From contig OZ237741.1 of assembly GCA_965178125.1 (NCBI GenBank), forward strand, positions 62,001 to 126,000: 64,000 nucleotides of DNA. Direction: 5' to 3'. Under the pieces are notes generated by a model that made no database searches, was not told the DNA's origin, and was given only the letters and a program-made list of their open reading frames with translations. Shown in pieces: positions 14,844-27,089 of this stretch. Every line of letters begins with the position of its first letter. Positions within the stretch are counted from its first letter, which is position 1. Made by a program: the position numbers and the translations under genes. The DNA is from Bilabrum cf. latius (taxonomy: Eukaryota).

Positions 14844-15180
14844 GGGGTCCCGGGGTTGGCGGGGTGTTCTTGTCCCTTGGTGCGCAGCTGTACATACTTG
14901 CTTGCGCTCAATCTCATTGCAAATAGTATCCACAGCTTGTTACTGATTACGAATGGTTGAGGCCGGATCGCAGCCTCGCCACGCAGCTGTCGATCTCTCG
15001 GTTGCGTGGGGTTTTTTGCGAATCTGATTTTGAGTTGATCCGAAAGCGTGGGTGACTGTCACGGCGAACGAGGCGCACCGAACGGCAAACGGGTCCTGGC
15101 TGGTGTTTAACTAGGACATAGTCAAGGCGACAGCCCAGTAAAGCGCTGCGCAGTACCTTTCCGTCTGTTGCCTGCACAAA

Positions 15181-16661
15181 ATGGTTGACCCCCAGGGCCG
15201 CTATGCTGGCGATGATGCAGACGTAGTAGACTCTGACGACGTGTCTCGGTCCGGAATGTCCAGGTGAGTGAAGTATGGTTATAGTTTCAACATCATGTAG
15301 ACAGACTCTTGGCTGGATGTGCATGTGTAGGATCCACTAGCGTTTCAAGACATGGCGCACGCGAGGCCGAACTGCTTTGAACCTTCGAGGGTATTTCTCA
15401 CCATGCATGCGTGATCGGCAAGCTGATTTGATCCATTTCTTATGCAGCGATATGTCCGAGGAAGATTCAACGTGGACGTCGTGGTTCTGCTCGCTGCGTG
15501 GGCACGAGTTTTTTGTTGAGGTGCCCGAAGATTACATCTAGGACGAATTCAACCTGACTGGGCTGTCTTAGATTGTTCCATACTATGACTACGCCTTGGA
15601 CACGATTCTGGACTTGGACTCTGGTGCGGAGGACATGACCGAGGAGCAGCAAGAGCTGGTGGACAGCGCAGCTGAGTTCCTTTATGGCCTCATCCATGCC
15701 AGATACGTTATTACAAGCAGGGGTCTTCAGCAAGTGTTAGAAAAATACTAGGATTTTTCGTACGGCCGGTGCCATCGAGTGCACTGCGAGGGTCAGCCGA
15801 TGCTGCCTTGCGGCAGAAGCGACATCCCTCGCAAGAGCGGCGTGGTCCTCTACTGCCCGCGCTGCAGCGACGTGTACTACCCGAAGAGCAGGAGACACTC
15901 TAGTGAGAACACAATGCGACAACACATCCAAGTGTCCAGCCCTCCCTAACCCACCCCTCCCGCGCGCACCCCCCTCTTTCCCTCCTCCCCGCCTCCCCTC
16001 CTCCACCGCAGAGATCGACGGGGCCTACTTCGGAACCACTCTCCCGCACCTGCTCCTCATGACTTACCCGGAACTGGTCCCCGCCGCCCCGCAGGAAGCA
16101 TTCCGCCCGCGCGTGTTCGGGTTCAGGGTGCACTGCCCCGCCCCGGACGCCATCGAAGCGGCCTCCTCGGCGCTGGCGGCGGACGGGTCCGCGGTCAGGA
16201 GCCGCAGCCTGCGGTCGATGCTGGCCGTGCGGGAGCTGGTGGAGCGGGCGGCGAAGGCACGGGTGGAGGCGCTGGTGGACGGCCGGGTGCCTCACATCAC
16301 GGTGGAGGGAGGCGCGATGCCGGTCACGGTCTAGGGGGGCATTGACGTGGCGGGCGTGCTGGCTGCGGCTGCCAGGGGGGACGGGTGGCGCGGGGGCGCG
16401 GCGGGGCCCGAGGCCCCTGGAGATGCCGGTTAGGACGCGGGCCAGGCGCGAGGGGGCGGCGCGGGGAGGGCGTCGGATGGGACAGGGGCAGCGGGTACGG
16501 GTACGGGTGCAGGTGCGGGTGCGGGTGGTGAAGTGGGGGGCAACGGCATACCGGAGGGTACCAGCGCTGATGGGAAGAATATGGAGAACGTAGAAGAAGG
16601 GCTGGAGATAGGAGATGATGGTGGGGCCAAAGCAGACCCGGGGGCTGGCGTGAATGGGTGA
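15181..16661 (+). CDS. CSNK2B: Casein kinase II regulatory subunit beta with a Gly-rich C-terminal extension
   Basis: Introns 15264-15447 and 15903-16011; [22 protein letters not shown][TAG][17 protein letters not shown], Zn ribbon CHRVHC...[14 protein letters not shown]; 5 TAG; TGA stop. Confidence 0.95.
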
Positions 16662-16926
16662 GCCGCGGGTTGGGGTGGGGCGGCTGGCGTTGGCAAGTCC
16701 AGCTTGCGTGAAGCCCATGGGTGCTTGCATCGAACCAAGCCATCCATCCACGCATGTTAGGTCATGTATAATGCTTGCTGCCCGCATTGACTCGAGTCCA
16801 AAAATCTCTCATTGCCTTCAATTCATGGAGTACGCCTGTGCATTGCATTGTCCGTTTTGAGCTCCACCGCACCAAGCAGCACTCTTGATCCGATCCTTGA
16901 TCCGATCATCCGATGAACCCCATTCA

Positions 16927-18285
16927 TCACGCGGCAGGCACGGCGTGTTCCCCGAACACATCCTGTACGCCACCCCTCACCGCCTGCACCATGGTCTGCA
17001 CGTCCTCTTCTCCGATGGTCAAAGGGGGAGCCAGTCGGATGATGTCCCCGTGCGTTGGCTTGGCCAGCACCCCCCTCTCCTTCATGGCCAAGCACACCTC
17101 CCAGGCAGTGGGCGCGCCCTCCCCCTCCCCCGGCCGGATGACCACCGCATTCAGCAGCCCCTTGCCCCTGACCTCGACCACCTGCGAGCCCTCGCCCAGC
17201 AGAGAGGCAGACAGCTCGCTCCGCAGCAGATCGCCCATCCTAGCCGCGTTCTCCACCATACCCTCCTCCTGCAGCACTGCCAGCGCCTCCATGGCCACCG
17301 CGGCCCCCAGAGGGTTGCCCCCGTACGTGGACCCGTGCTGCCCCGGCCTCACCGCCAGCATCACCTCCGAGGAGGCCAGCATGGCGCTCACAGGGAACAC
17401 GCCTCCGCTGAGGGCCTTGCCCAGCACCAGCATATCCGGCCTCCAGTCGTCCGAGGGGTCCTCCTCATTCCTTTCGTAGTGGGAGGCGAGCCACTTGCCC
17501 GTCCGGCCGAGCCCCGTCTGCACCTCGTCCGCGATCAGCAGTGCGCCCCTCGAGTGCAGCAGCTCCTGGGCCCCGCGCAGGTATCCCTCGGGAGGGACCA
17601 CCACTCCGGCCTCGCCCTGGATGGGCTCTGCCATGAGGGCGATCACGTTCGGGTCCGCGTCCAGCGCCCGCTCCAGGTCCTCGAGGCAGCCGTACTCGAC
17701 CGTCGAAAAGCCGGGGGTGAACGGGCCGAAGCCCTTGCGCGACTCGGGGTCGGTGCTGCTCGACACGGCCGAGATGCTGCGGCCCCAGAAATTGTTGGCG
17801 GGGAACAAAATTGTGCCCTGGTTCTCTGGAACCCCGCGCACATCGTAACCCCAGCGACGCGCGAACTTGACGGCGCTCTCGCAGGCCTCCACGCCGCTGT
17901 TCATCAGGAGGGCCCGCTCATACCCAAACCCCTCGCATAGATCCCTCTCAAGCAGACCAAGCTGATCGTTATGAAATGCCCTGCTTGTCAGGGTCAGTCG
18001 ACTGGCCTATTCTTGCAACTTAGCGATAATTCTAGGATGGCAGTGCCCCTAGTTGACCGCCGAGAACGCAGAGAGACAATCCAGGTACTCCTTCCCTTCT
18101 ACATCCACCATCGTTTTACCCTTGGCATGTGAGACCACCACTGGAATTGGGCTGTAGTTCTCAGCGCCGTACTTACGCTCGAGATTCAAGCACTCCTGCG
18201 ACGAGCTCGCCTTCTACTTGCCAAACTTGTAGGACAGCTACCTCAAACCCAGACCAGCCCTTGGTCTCAGTGCTAGCCTATGCAT
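16927..18285 (-). CDS. OAT: Mitochondrial ornithine aminotransferase
   Basis: Intronless; YGAENYSP, SAFSAVN[TAG]GHCHP, LTLTSRAF, EPIQGEAG, ADEVQTGLGRTG, LGKALSGG, HGSTYGGNPL; 4 TAG in the first 127 codons; TGA stop. Confidence 0.96.
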
Positions 18286-18899
18286 GCATTGACGAACTCC
18301 AGCCATCGTACTTTCGCGTTGGTGCGGTAGAAATGTGTCGGAACAAAACGGAAATTCGCGCGCGTTCGCCACCGTTCCGAGCGAACCCAGGGCCGGGCGG
18401 AACGTGAACTGAGGCAGGATCGTGTGGGCAATAACCAGCGAGGCACTAGATGGGTTGGGGGGGCATTTATGGCGAACAGAGAGAGTGTTTGCGGGGTGGT
18501 GAGTGTTTCGTGGCTCGCGGAGAGTGAGGTGAGGGTGTGGGAGTGTGGGATCTTATTAGGGCCGGTGCAGTGGTGCTTGCCTCGCTGTATACGGTTGCGG
18601 ACGAAAGTCCACCGTCATGGTCATGCTGTCTTTGCACAGCACCCATTGTTCGGTTCTGCTTGACCTTAAATCAGATTTCAGATTTCAGAGGCTGGACTGG
18701 TATCAAGTGGCTCCGCTGACTTCGTAAGCTTGGATGGTACTATAACTATAGGCCCTACAGCGTGGTTAGACTCTCTGCGGACATAATCATATTTTCATCG
18801 TCAAGCATGTAGCACCAGCCCCCACTCACCGACACCATTTGCTCGGCCTTCGCAAGCACCGCTATAACCCCCGGCCGATGCCCCCATGCACGCACCCAC

Positions 18900-19709
18900 T
18901 CAGTCCTCGATGCCCCTGGCCTGGTTGATGTGGAAGATGCGCACCCCATGCATCTCGGGCAGCTTGGCCACGAGCAGGATGGCCACCTGCACGAAGCTGA
19001 ATGCGAGGTGCCACGTGTCGTACTTGGTCATGTGCGCCGTCACCATGAACCTGCGAGGTGATGCGGTGAACGGATCGCGCCGAGGAAGCGAAGGCCATGT
19101 GGCGGCTGAGCGATGCACGGGGGTCCACGGGCAGCAATCATGGAACACGTCCACTTTACCAGCGGCGGTTCGAGCTCTCACAGCACTACAGGAGCAATCA
19201 TGAGGAATTTCTTCGTGTCGGTCCACATGACGCCATTATCTATCTGCTCCCATACTGTCTTGTCAATCTTGTCGCCCTAGTCCTGCCACGCTGGCGAGCC
19301 GCGCTTCCAGTGCAAACCAGCAAACTAGATCTGCGAAAGGCGGATATGAGTGGCACTAAATCAGTACATGGATGCATGTGCTTGCCAACAAGCATTTGCC
19401 TCCAAAAAAAGGAGTTGCATCGCGTGCCTTCTGCTCCATCCGTGGAGTTCCATTTGCTGATACTGGGCGCCAAAACATCTGACGCTGACTCACGACAAAA
19501 TGAACAAAGTGAGTTAGGCTCCACTTCATTGGCACAGTGAGAACCTACTCCGGGACAAAAGCGTACAAGAGAAATCGGAAGAGTACCACAGCCAAGATGT
19601 AGAAAATCCAGGTTCCTGGCTGCCCAAAATACTCTACATTCTGGTCGAAGAGACTTTGTGTAGATAAAGCCGATCTTGAAATCGAACGTTTAATGCCTGC
19701 ACTAGACAT
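18900..19709 (-). CDS. ORMDL: ORM1-like (ORMDL) sphingolipid biosynthesis regulator, 3 exons
   Basis: GTWIFYI, LHWKRGSPAWQD[TAG]G...TVWEQIDNG..WTDTKKFL, KLPEMHGVRIF; two GT-AG introns; TGA stop. Confidence 0.92.
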
Positions 19710-19797
19710 GATAGACTGTGGTCTCACACGGCGTTTTCCCTTGGCGCCGCGCATCGACTGGTTCCGCAATACCGACCCACGGATCGGACGCACTTCA

Positions 19798-21990
19798 ATG
19801 TCCGCCGCATGCGGCACATCTTCAGATGACATGATGCAGGAAGTCCCTGTGCCATCTTGGATTAAGCGAGTTGACAAGCGACTGGATGAGGAGGACCGGC
19901 GGTTGCTGCGTCGAGCTGCCGAAACGGCATCCAAAGAGATATCTTGGAGGCGGTGGGCCTACTTTGTTGTCGTTGGTGCCCGTCCTGGAGAGTGGGTAAT
20001 GCTCGCAAACCTGGTCAGCGCATTGATAGCGGGCTCCATCGTCGTGAATACGATTGCTTTCGTTCTATCTACAGATGACGCAATTAACGATCGATACGGC
20101 TCCGCCTTCGATGGAATTGAGGCATTTTGCACTGTTCTGTTCACGCTGGAATTTGTTATTCGGCTTTGGACTGCTCCAGAGTCGAAGCGGCTCCGGGCGG
20201 TCAGGCCTCGTCGAGAGAGGATGCTGCCACACATTTGCCAGTGCATCTACTTTCCGCTGCTGCAGTGCATGCTGGAGCAGTCCAGTCGCAGGCACCCGCG
20301 CAGTCGGGCATCGCGAACTCCAGCAATGGCCTTAAGCGCGGCTGCGATCCGCCGGTCGGGGCTGGCCCCTCTCGCCGGCGGCCTCAGTGCCACGCATCCA
20401 GCTGCCGCTGAGGGCCCGCTCCTGGCGCTGGTGGCGCTACAGCCCCCCACTTCCACTGGTACTGACAATGGCAACGACAATAGGAGCAGTGGGACACGGG
20501 ATGCGCACGGACCGGGGGGCAGCAACGGCGCTTCAACCAGCCTACAGTCCCACGGTACTTCCAATGCATCCAGCGCCAGCACAGCCTCAGCCTCACGCGC
20601 GCACAACCACTCTGGCCCCGGCCAGCCTCTGCTGGAAAAGGCACACATACTACCAGCTGGCATTGGCAGCTCCGGGGCCTCTGCCCGGCAGATGCAGGGA
20701 CACAATGGGGGCAATTTACCTCCATCATCACCGTGCGGGAGCTCCTGCGGATGGGCAGGCATGCTGCAAGCCTGCCTGTGCGGGTGCTGCGGTCTCAGCG
20801 GGCACGCCGGGTGCTGCGGTCTGGCCCCACTGGACCACCTGGAGCCCGAGGGGGCAGAGGCGGGAGGGAGCGGCGGGCCACATTCGTCACACTCGGCAGT
20901 CCCCACGCGCGTCCGAGTGCCCCTGGTACCGCCCGCCTCCCGCAGCTGGCAGCTGATGGACAGTCCCGACAGCTGGGAGCTGCCCGAGTGGGGGGCCCGC
21001 GCCCGTTGGTTGCTCACCTTTGAGGCCCTCATCGACCTGGCCTCCGTTGTTCCCTGGTACGTGGCGCTGGGGGTGGCGGCGGGGCACGGGGGCAGGGCGG
21101 CTGCGGACGCCGCCTCGGGTGCGGGCGACTCTGTTCCCTCGTTGGCCTTCCTGCGGGCCCTGCGGCTGTTCCGGATCCTCAAGACGGACCGCTGGACGAC
21201 CGCGTTTGAGAGTGTGACGAGGGTGCTGTGGACCAACCGGGAGATACTGCTGGTGGGGCTGTTCGCCTGCCTGGTGCTGCTCGTGTTCACGGCCACGCTG
21301 CTCTATTACGCCGAGCAGCTGTCCTCGGGAGGAGGCCGTGGGCCTGCCGATTCGAGGCTTGACTCGATTCCCAACACGCTGTACGTGGCGGTGATGATGC
21401 TGACGGGACAAGGAGGACCCGATGGGGAGTTGCGGACGGGGACACAGGTGCTGGTAGCGGTGACGGCCGTGTTCTCTGTGGGTGTGTTCGCCATTCCTGC
21501 TTCTATGCTTGCCTGGGGCTTCGAGGCAGAGGCCGAGCGCATGCTGCGGGAGCGCAAGGCGAGGAGGAAGCTGAGGAGGAGGCTCAGGAGACTGAGGCTC
21601 AGGGAGGCGCAGGTGCAGAGCAGCTCGTCGGACTCCAGCTGGGTAGAGGAGGAGGAGGAGGGGGAGGAGAACAGGGAGCTCGAGCACATTGGGGATGACA
21701 GTGACGGTGGGGAGGGTGCGAGTGACGGTGGAGAGGACCAGCCTGAGGGAGGTGACGGGAAGGGACCCACTGGCAGCAGTGAGGGCGCAGATTTGCAGGT
21801 CGACGGCAGGATGAGGGATGCCCTGCATTAGGCCGCCGGGAGGGCGCTGCTGGACGCCATGCGGCAAGGCGGCGAGCCCGCGTGCGGGTCCGCGGCGGTT
21901 GCTGTGGCGAGGTCGGGTGACGAGGGCGGCGGCGGGTACACGCTCACGACCACCGTCACGTTGCAGAAGCGGCAATCGCCCGCGCCTTAA
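19798..21990 (+). CDS. Six-TM voltage-gated ion channel (Kv-like fold) with non-canonical pore motif
   Basis: IEAFCTVLFTLEFVIR (S2), LIDLASVVPWY (S3), FLRALRLFRILK (S4), SIPNTLY-pore-MMLTGQGG, GVFAIPASMLA (S6); reads through TAG at 21829 to TAA 21988-21990; start ATG uncertain. Confidence 0.8.
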
Positions 21991-22092
21991 ATTTGTTGAA
22001 TACGTGTTTGTCTCACTTCATCTGATCGCTCGGTTTTCGTGTCGCTGCGGATAAGCTGAACCAAAATAGGTCCTGGAAGCTCTGCCACAATT

Positions 22093-23286
22093 ATGGATCC
22101 ATCGAGCTCAGCTCTGGTTTCAAGCCGGGTGTTGAATGCCGCTTTAAGCATTCGTGCAGTACTTGCGTTGCTCATCGCCGGTGCAATGGCTGTTCGCGGA
22201 TACAAGAAGAATAGCCTGGATCTTAGCGGTGCGCTTGCCGCGGCAGCAGTCGGGTTCGCGTCAATGCTTTCGGGCTGGCGTTTTGGGCTTACGCTGATAT
22301 TATTCTATGCATCGTCATCTGCACTTACTCGAGTTGGTAACAAGCGTAAGGCGCAAATAGAGTCTGGGCACAAGGAAGGCGGTCAGCGAGACTGGATCCA
22401 GGTGCTGGTGAACTCTGGCCTAGCGGTAGCGGCAGCGTTGAGCTTCCTTGCGTTGCACGGTGAAGATGTCGCACCACCCGATGCACAGCTTACCCAGTGG
22501 CTCCTGCTTGCCCACGTTTGCTTCTTTGCGACGTGCGCTGGAGACACGTGGTCCAGCGAGCTCGGCGTGCTCTCGACCGGCGCCCCCACGCTGGTGACCA
22601 CATGCCGCCGTGTACCGGCGGGGACAAATGGTGGTGTCTCGGGACTGGGGCTGCTCGCTGCAGCTGCCGGTGGCCTCTTTGTAGGCGCGGTGCACGTGCT
22701 CGTTGGGGCTCTCGCTCACGGGTTCGGGGCCGGCGATGGTGGGAGTGTCGATGGCCCGTCGTTCTCCGCGGATGTGTTCGCTGGCAGCTTGATGCGAGAA
22801 AAAGGCGTGCTGCTGCTAGGCCTGGTGTGCGGGCTGCTGGGCTCTCTACTGGATAGCGTGCTGGGTGCAACCTGCCAGGTCACGCTGGCTCGGCGGGTCG
22901 TTGGCGCAATCCGCAAGGCCGATTAGGGAACAGGGGGTGGGAAGGGGGGATCGGCGGGCAGGAGCGGGCTGCGGCAGAGGAGGGGCAGTCGCCAGGACGG
23001 TGGGGGGCGAACTGCGGATGATGCGTGCAAGGGGAAGGAGGGCGAGGATGACGAATAGTACGAAGGGGTGGAGCAGGCTGCTGCCATGCAGGTGCTGACG
23101 GGTCATGACATGGATGATCACTGGGATGACAAGGAGGGGAGGGCGGTTGGAGAGGCTGTGGTGGTGTCAGGGACCGCGTGTCTGAGCAATGACGGTGTCA
23201 ATTTCGTGTCAGCTGCCTGCATGATGGGGCTGGGGGCCACCTGCGGTGTCTGGCTCGGGGTGGGCGCTCTGCCCGTACATGGATGA
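22093..23286 (+). CDS. TMEM19: DUF92/TMEM19 family membrane protein
   Basis: KEGGQRDWIQV, GDTWSSELG, VPAGTNGGVS, GSLLDSVLGATCQ; conserved C-terminal LSNDGVNFVS lies beyond 2 TAGs; TGA stop. Confidence 0.9.
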
Positions 23287-23329
23287 CCCATACATGTGCA
23301 TACGCCTGCAGCCGTTACAATACCAAGTC

Positions 23330-25414
23330 TCAAGACCCGACCCCACCGCCACAGGGAGGCGGCACGCCCCCGTGTGCTGGTCTGGGGCACCCCTCGTCCT
23401 CCCCGTACTGCTCATACCTCCACCACTGGTTCTTGATTGACTGCGCCGTGTAGTCGCACACGTCCTGTTTCGGGGCCGCCCCCTCGTGCAGCGGGTAGTT
23501 CTGCACGAACCCGAGGTACCTGCGGGGGGCCGCCAGCACCTGCCTGAACTCTTCGTCTTCAAGGTTGCGGTCGATCGCGCCACCGTAGGCCGAGGCCAGC
23601 GGTGTGACGAGCGTGAGCAGCACGCTGTTGTTCTCCGGAAAGTACGGCAGCTTGAGGATGGGTATCTGCGGCCACTGCAGCGCGTCTCTGTCCCTGCATC
23701 CCTCCTTGACGAGGAACAGGCCCGGGTGCCTCTCCCTGACTCGCTGCAGGAAGGCAGTGTCCCCTGGGCAGCTCATCGCGTCCAGGTAGAAGCCCCTCAC
23801 CCCGCGATCGAGGAGTCCCTCTAGCCGCTGCAGCTACCTAGAGGCTGTGGCAGGGTCCCTCAGGTCAGCCGGCCTGCAAAAGCCCTTGCTGCTCACGTTG
23901 AAGGAGCCAGGCGAAGGGCCGTACTGCACGCTGGCGCCCACGATCTCGAGGCAGGGCCGCGCGAAGTGAAAGAGGTCCATGCCCTGCCTGCTGTAGGCCG
24001 CGGCTAGGTCATCAATCCTGGAGCGGTTGTACCCGGCGGGCAGCGCGGGGTCCAGAATGTCGATGTCTGGGTTGAATTCGCAAGGGCTGCCGTCTTGGGT
24101 GAGGTACTGCGAGTTGAGCGCGGTGGCCCAGACACCAAACCCGCTGATCCCGATGGCAGACATGGCCTGGGGGCCCGTCTCTTGCGCGAATATGTCCGCG
24201 AGGTTTGTCTTGTTCCCTGGTATGTACCTGTGGGACGAGTGGTTGTAGGCGGGCATGTCGTTCGAGCCCACAAAGTACATGAGGGGGCCGGTCTAGGGGC
24301 AGTACCTCGGGATCAGGGGAGGGCCAGGACGGGAAGGGGACCAGGGGCCTGGGGCCCCGTGCCTGGCCCTGAATGCCTTGACGTACGGACTGACTGCGGA
24401 CTTCCAGTCGGAGGCCCTTGCGATTCCGATGGCCATACGGCGGGTGGCGCTCCACCGGGGGGAGGAGGAGGAGGGGGAGGGGGGAAGGGACCCACCACCG
24501 CTAGGACCACTGGCAGGATGCGAGCTAGGCTGGGCGCCGATGAGCAAAGTACAGTTTGCGACAAACCCAGGCGTGAACTGCCCCCTCGGGTACTGCCAGG
24601 ACCCGATTGATTCCGGATGGTCCACGTCCTCGGTGGCCTGCAGCGCCACCACCATCCCGTCCTAGGTCCACTCCCCCAGGGCGGCCAAAGGGGCGAACGC
24701 GCCGATGGAGACGGGGTACTCCACCGTGTGCCCTGTCTGGTTGAAGCCCCCCTGCAGGACGCCTCCCTTGTCCCCCCACAGCTGGAACATCCTCGAATCC
24801 TTCAGGTCCAGCGGGCCGGACCCGTCAGCGCCCTGGTTGCCCATGCGGAGGGCGCCCAGGTTGAACGGGATGTTTACAGTTGCTTGCCCGGGGAGCAATG
24901 GGTATGGTACATCTACTGCATCGCTGCTTGAAGTGCCAGTCGATGCGGTTGTCCTGCTGGCCTCCTCGACTGCTTGCCTGAGCGCCGCGCTAGCAGTGAA
25001 CGTCGCGTTCCATTCGATGGAAGCTACGAGCGTATCATCGTCACCGTTATCAGCTGGCACAATGAACCACGAGTCTGTCACGTTTCCGACCCACGCGGAG
25101 GACCGAATAGACGCAGATTGAGTGTCTTGATTCACGGTTGCAGTTTCGATGTCATGGCCGCTGATCTACAGGAAAGTGCCATTCGGGAGAAAGATCTGCC
25201 ATCCTTGTCCCGTAGATGATGAATGCGGATAATGGTTCACCCAGGCTGGTCCAAATCTACCTTTTTCACCCCATACGAGCCGCCTGGATCCGGATGGGAT
25301 CGAGACATTGAGCTCTTGCAGAAGACCCTGATCATCGATCTTCCATGTAACATTGCTGCTCGCATTTGATTGCACGATTTGAAGCACAACACAACCCAGT
25401 ATTGCGAAGAACAT
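23330..25414 (-). CDS. Secreted hypothetical protein, 694 aa, possibly a TIM-barrel glycoside hydrolase
   Basis: Five ORF-track fragments in one frame joined by TAG; signal-peptide-like N-terminus MFFAILGCVVLQIVQSNA; GVRGFYLDAM resembles GH nucleophile motifs; TGA stop. Confidence 0.7.
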
Positions 25415-27089
25415 TTCGTTTCAGCTCTAGTGTGGCAGAGAGTGTTCAATAGTTTATATCATTCTTCTTTCGAATTCAGAACACTCGTCACACATTGAAT
25501 TCGAATTTATTGCATTGCATTGCCGCAATACAATATGCGGCCGCCGGCCGCAAGGCATATTTAGCTGTACCGATGCCGAATTGAAGCGCCAGTCGTGGTT
25601 TTGATCCACCCAATCGAATTATTATTTTTCGATGAATTTGAAAAACTGGTGCAAACGTGCGCACGAAGGGCAGAGGTGTGAGACAATTTGGAGCCACAGA
25701 AACAACAACAGAATCGCCAGCTTGCCACAGCCGCACGTTCCAACTTCATGACCCAAACGTGGTCATGCGGATTAACGTGAAGTAGCTGCCAAGGGCTTGC
25801 GAAGATCAAACCGCAATCTCCGGAGACGAATCAACTTTAGGAGGTTGAGCGGATCAAACCGAAAGGCCCACCTCAATGAGTCCATCGGCATGATACTGCT
25901 GTACATCCCAAGCGATTTCGCAGGCTGTTACTTTTAAACACATACCTGAATGAAGGACGTCGTCTGGCAACTGTGGTGAGAATAGGGTTAAACTGCCTCT
26001 TGGCGAGGGTGTGTGCTCCGGCGTTGGCAAGGATGACATAGCAAGCCTCCCGCCTATCTTTAGTCGCGGTCCCTCGGCCATGAGTTGGGGGGACCCACCG
26101 TGAGCAAGATAGGCACTTTATGGGAGATACGCGTGCGGCGCTCTGCGCGGCTGTCTGAGCCCCGAATCGGATCACATTTCTATGCTCGTGTTGTTTGCAG
26201 ATTGCCGTCAGCCTGCAAGTCGCTCCATGTTTGAGCTGGCCGTGGGATTGACTTGAGCAGTATCTTTATCACGCTACTTGCTTTCCGTGTCAAGGATGAC
26301 AGGCTGGCCGGCCCTTCTCTCGGTCGCGCGCGACGGGCCATTCGGGGTAACGCCCGGGGCCCACACCGTGGGTGCCAACTATGATATAATGAGCCTGAGG
26401 CCCGGCAGTAGCGTGCCTTTGTGCTGCTTATTTGTAGTCTGCGTGTCTTTGCCATACCAAACGGCCAGCTTTATGTCTTGGTGATTGGTGTGTGTTTGCG
26501 TCAATTGCGCTTGCGTGCGTCCCGGCCCGCAAGCGGACCTCGGCGGCGCGGCGGCGCGGCTTTGCCACTGCCCGCCGCGCCTTATCTAACTATAGGTCTG
26601 CGAGAGAAAGCTGAGCTACCGTGCCCTCGCGGGGCGCTTGGACCCGTGCAGGCAACTGCACGTGCGGCCGCAATCCGCATTTGGGGGCCCGGCGGCGAAG
26701 CGGCATGCAATTGCGACCCGGCCGGGCAACTATCACCGCCTCTGGCCTTTTGTGACTAGGCAGGCAAACATTCCTCGCTTGATGGGGCATTTGATCTTTT
26801 ATTTGATCCATACTCGCTCCGTCTTGCATCGCAGCTGGGTATATCATGTCCCTGTGGATCGGACTCGTGGCGGCGCTCTTCTCCTCGACCACAAGTCTTA
26901 GTTCCGAGTAGGGTTCAATTGTGATGTCACCCTGCATTGGGTCCGTACATCGCCCTGCAGGTGGCTCATGCCACCCCCTAACCTAAACTGTGCTCCAGCC
27001 AGCTCGTGATTGCGAATCAATATCCATCAGGTTTGTGCACCCAAAGGCACTCACAAAACCATGCACAAGCAAGCCCGACACGCATGGCC

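Noticed and set aside
18595-18615. Hammerhead ribozyme around GGACGAAA
   Set aside because: No CUGANGA core nearby
21988-21990. Ciliate-type code (TAA and TAG both Gln)
   Set aside because: No internal TAA among roughly 100 TAGs; TAA occurs only at gene ends where composition shifts
26590-26937. 115-aa minus-strand ORF as a gene
   Set aside because: No recognisable motif and it lacks the GC-rich codon pattern of neighbouring genes
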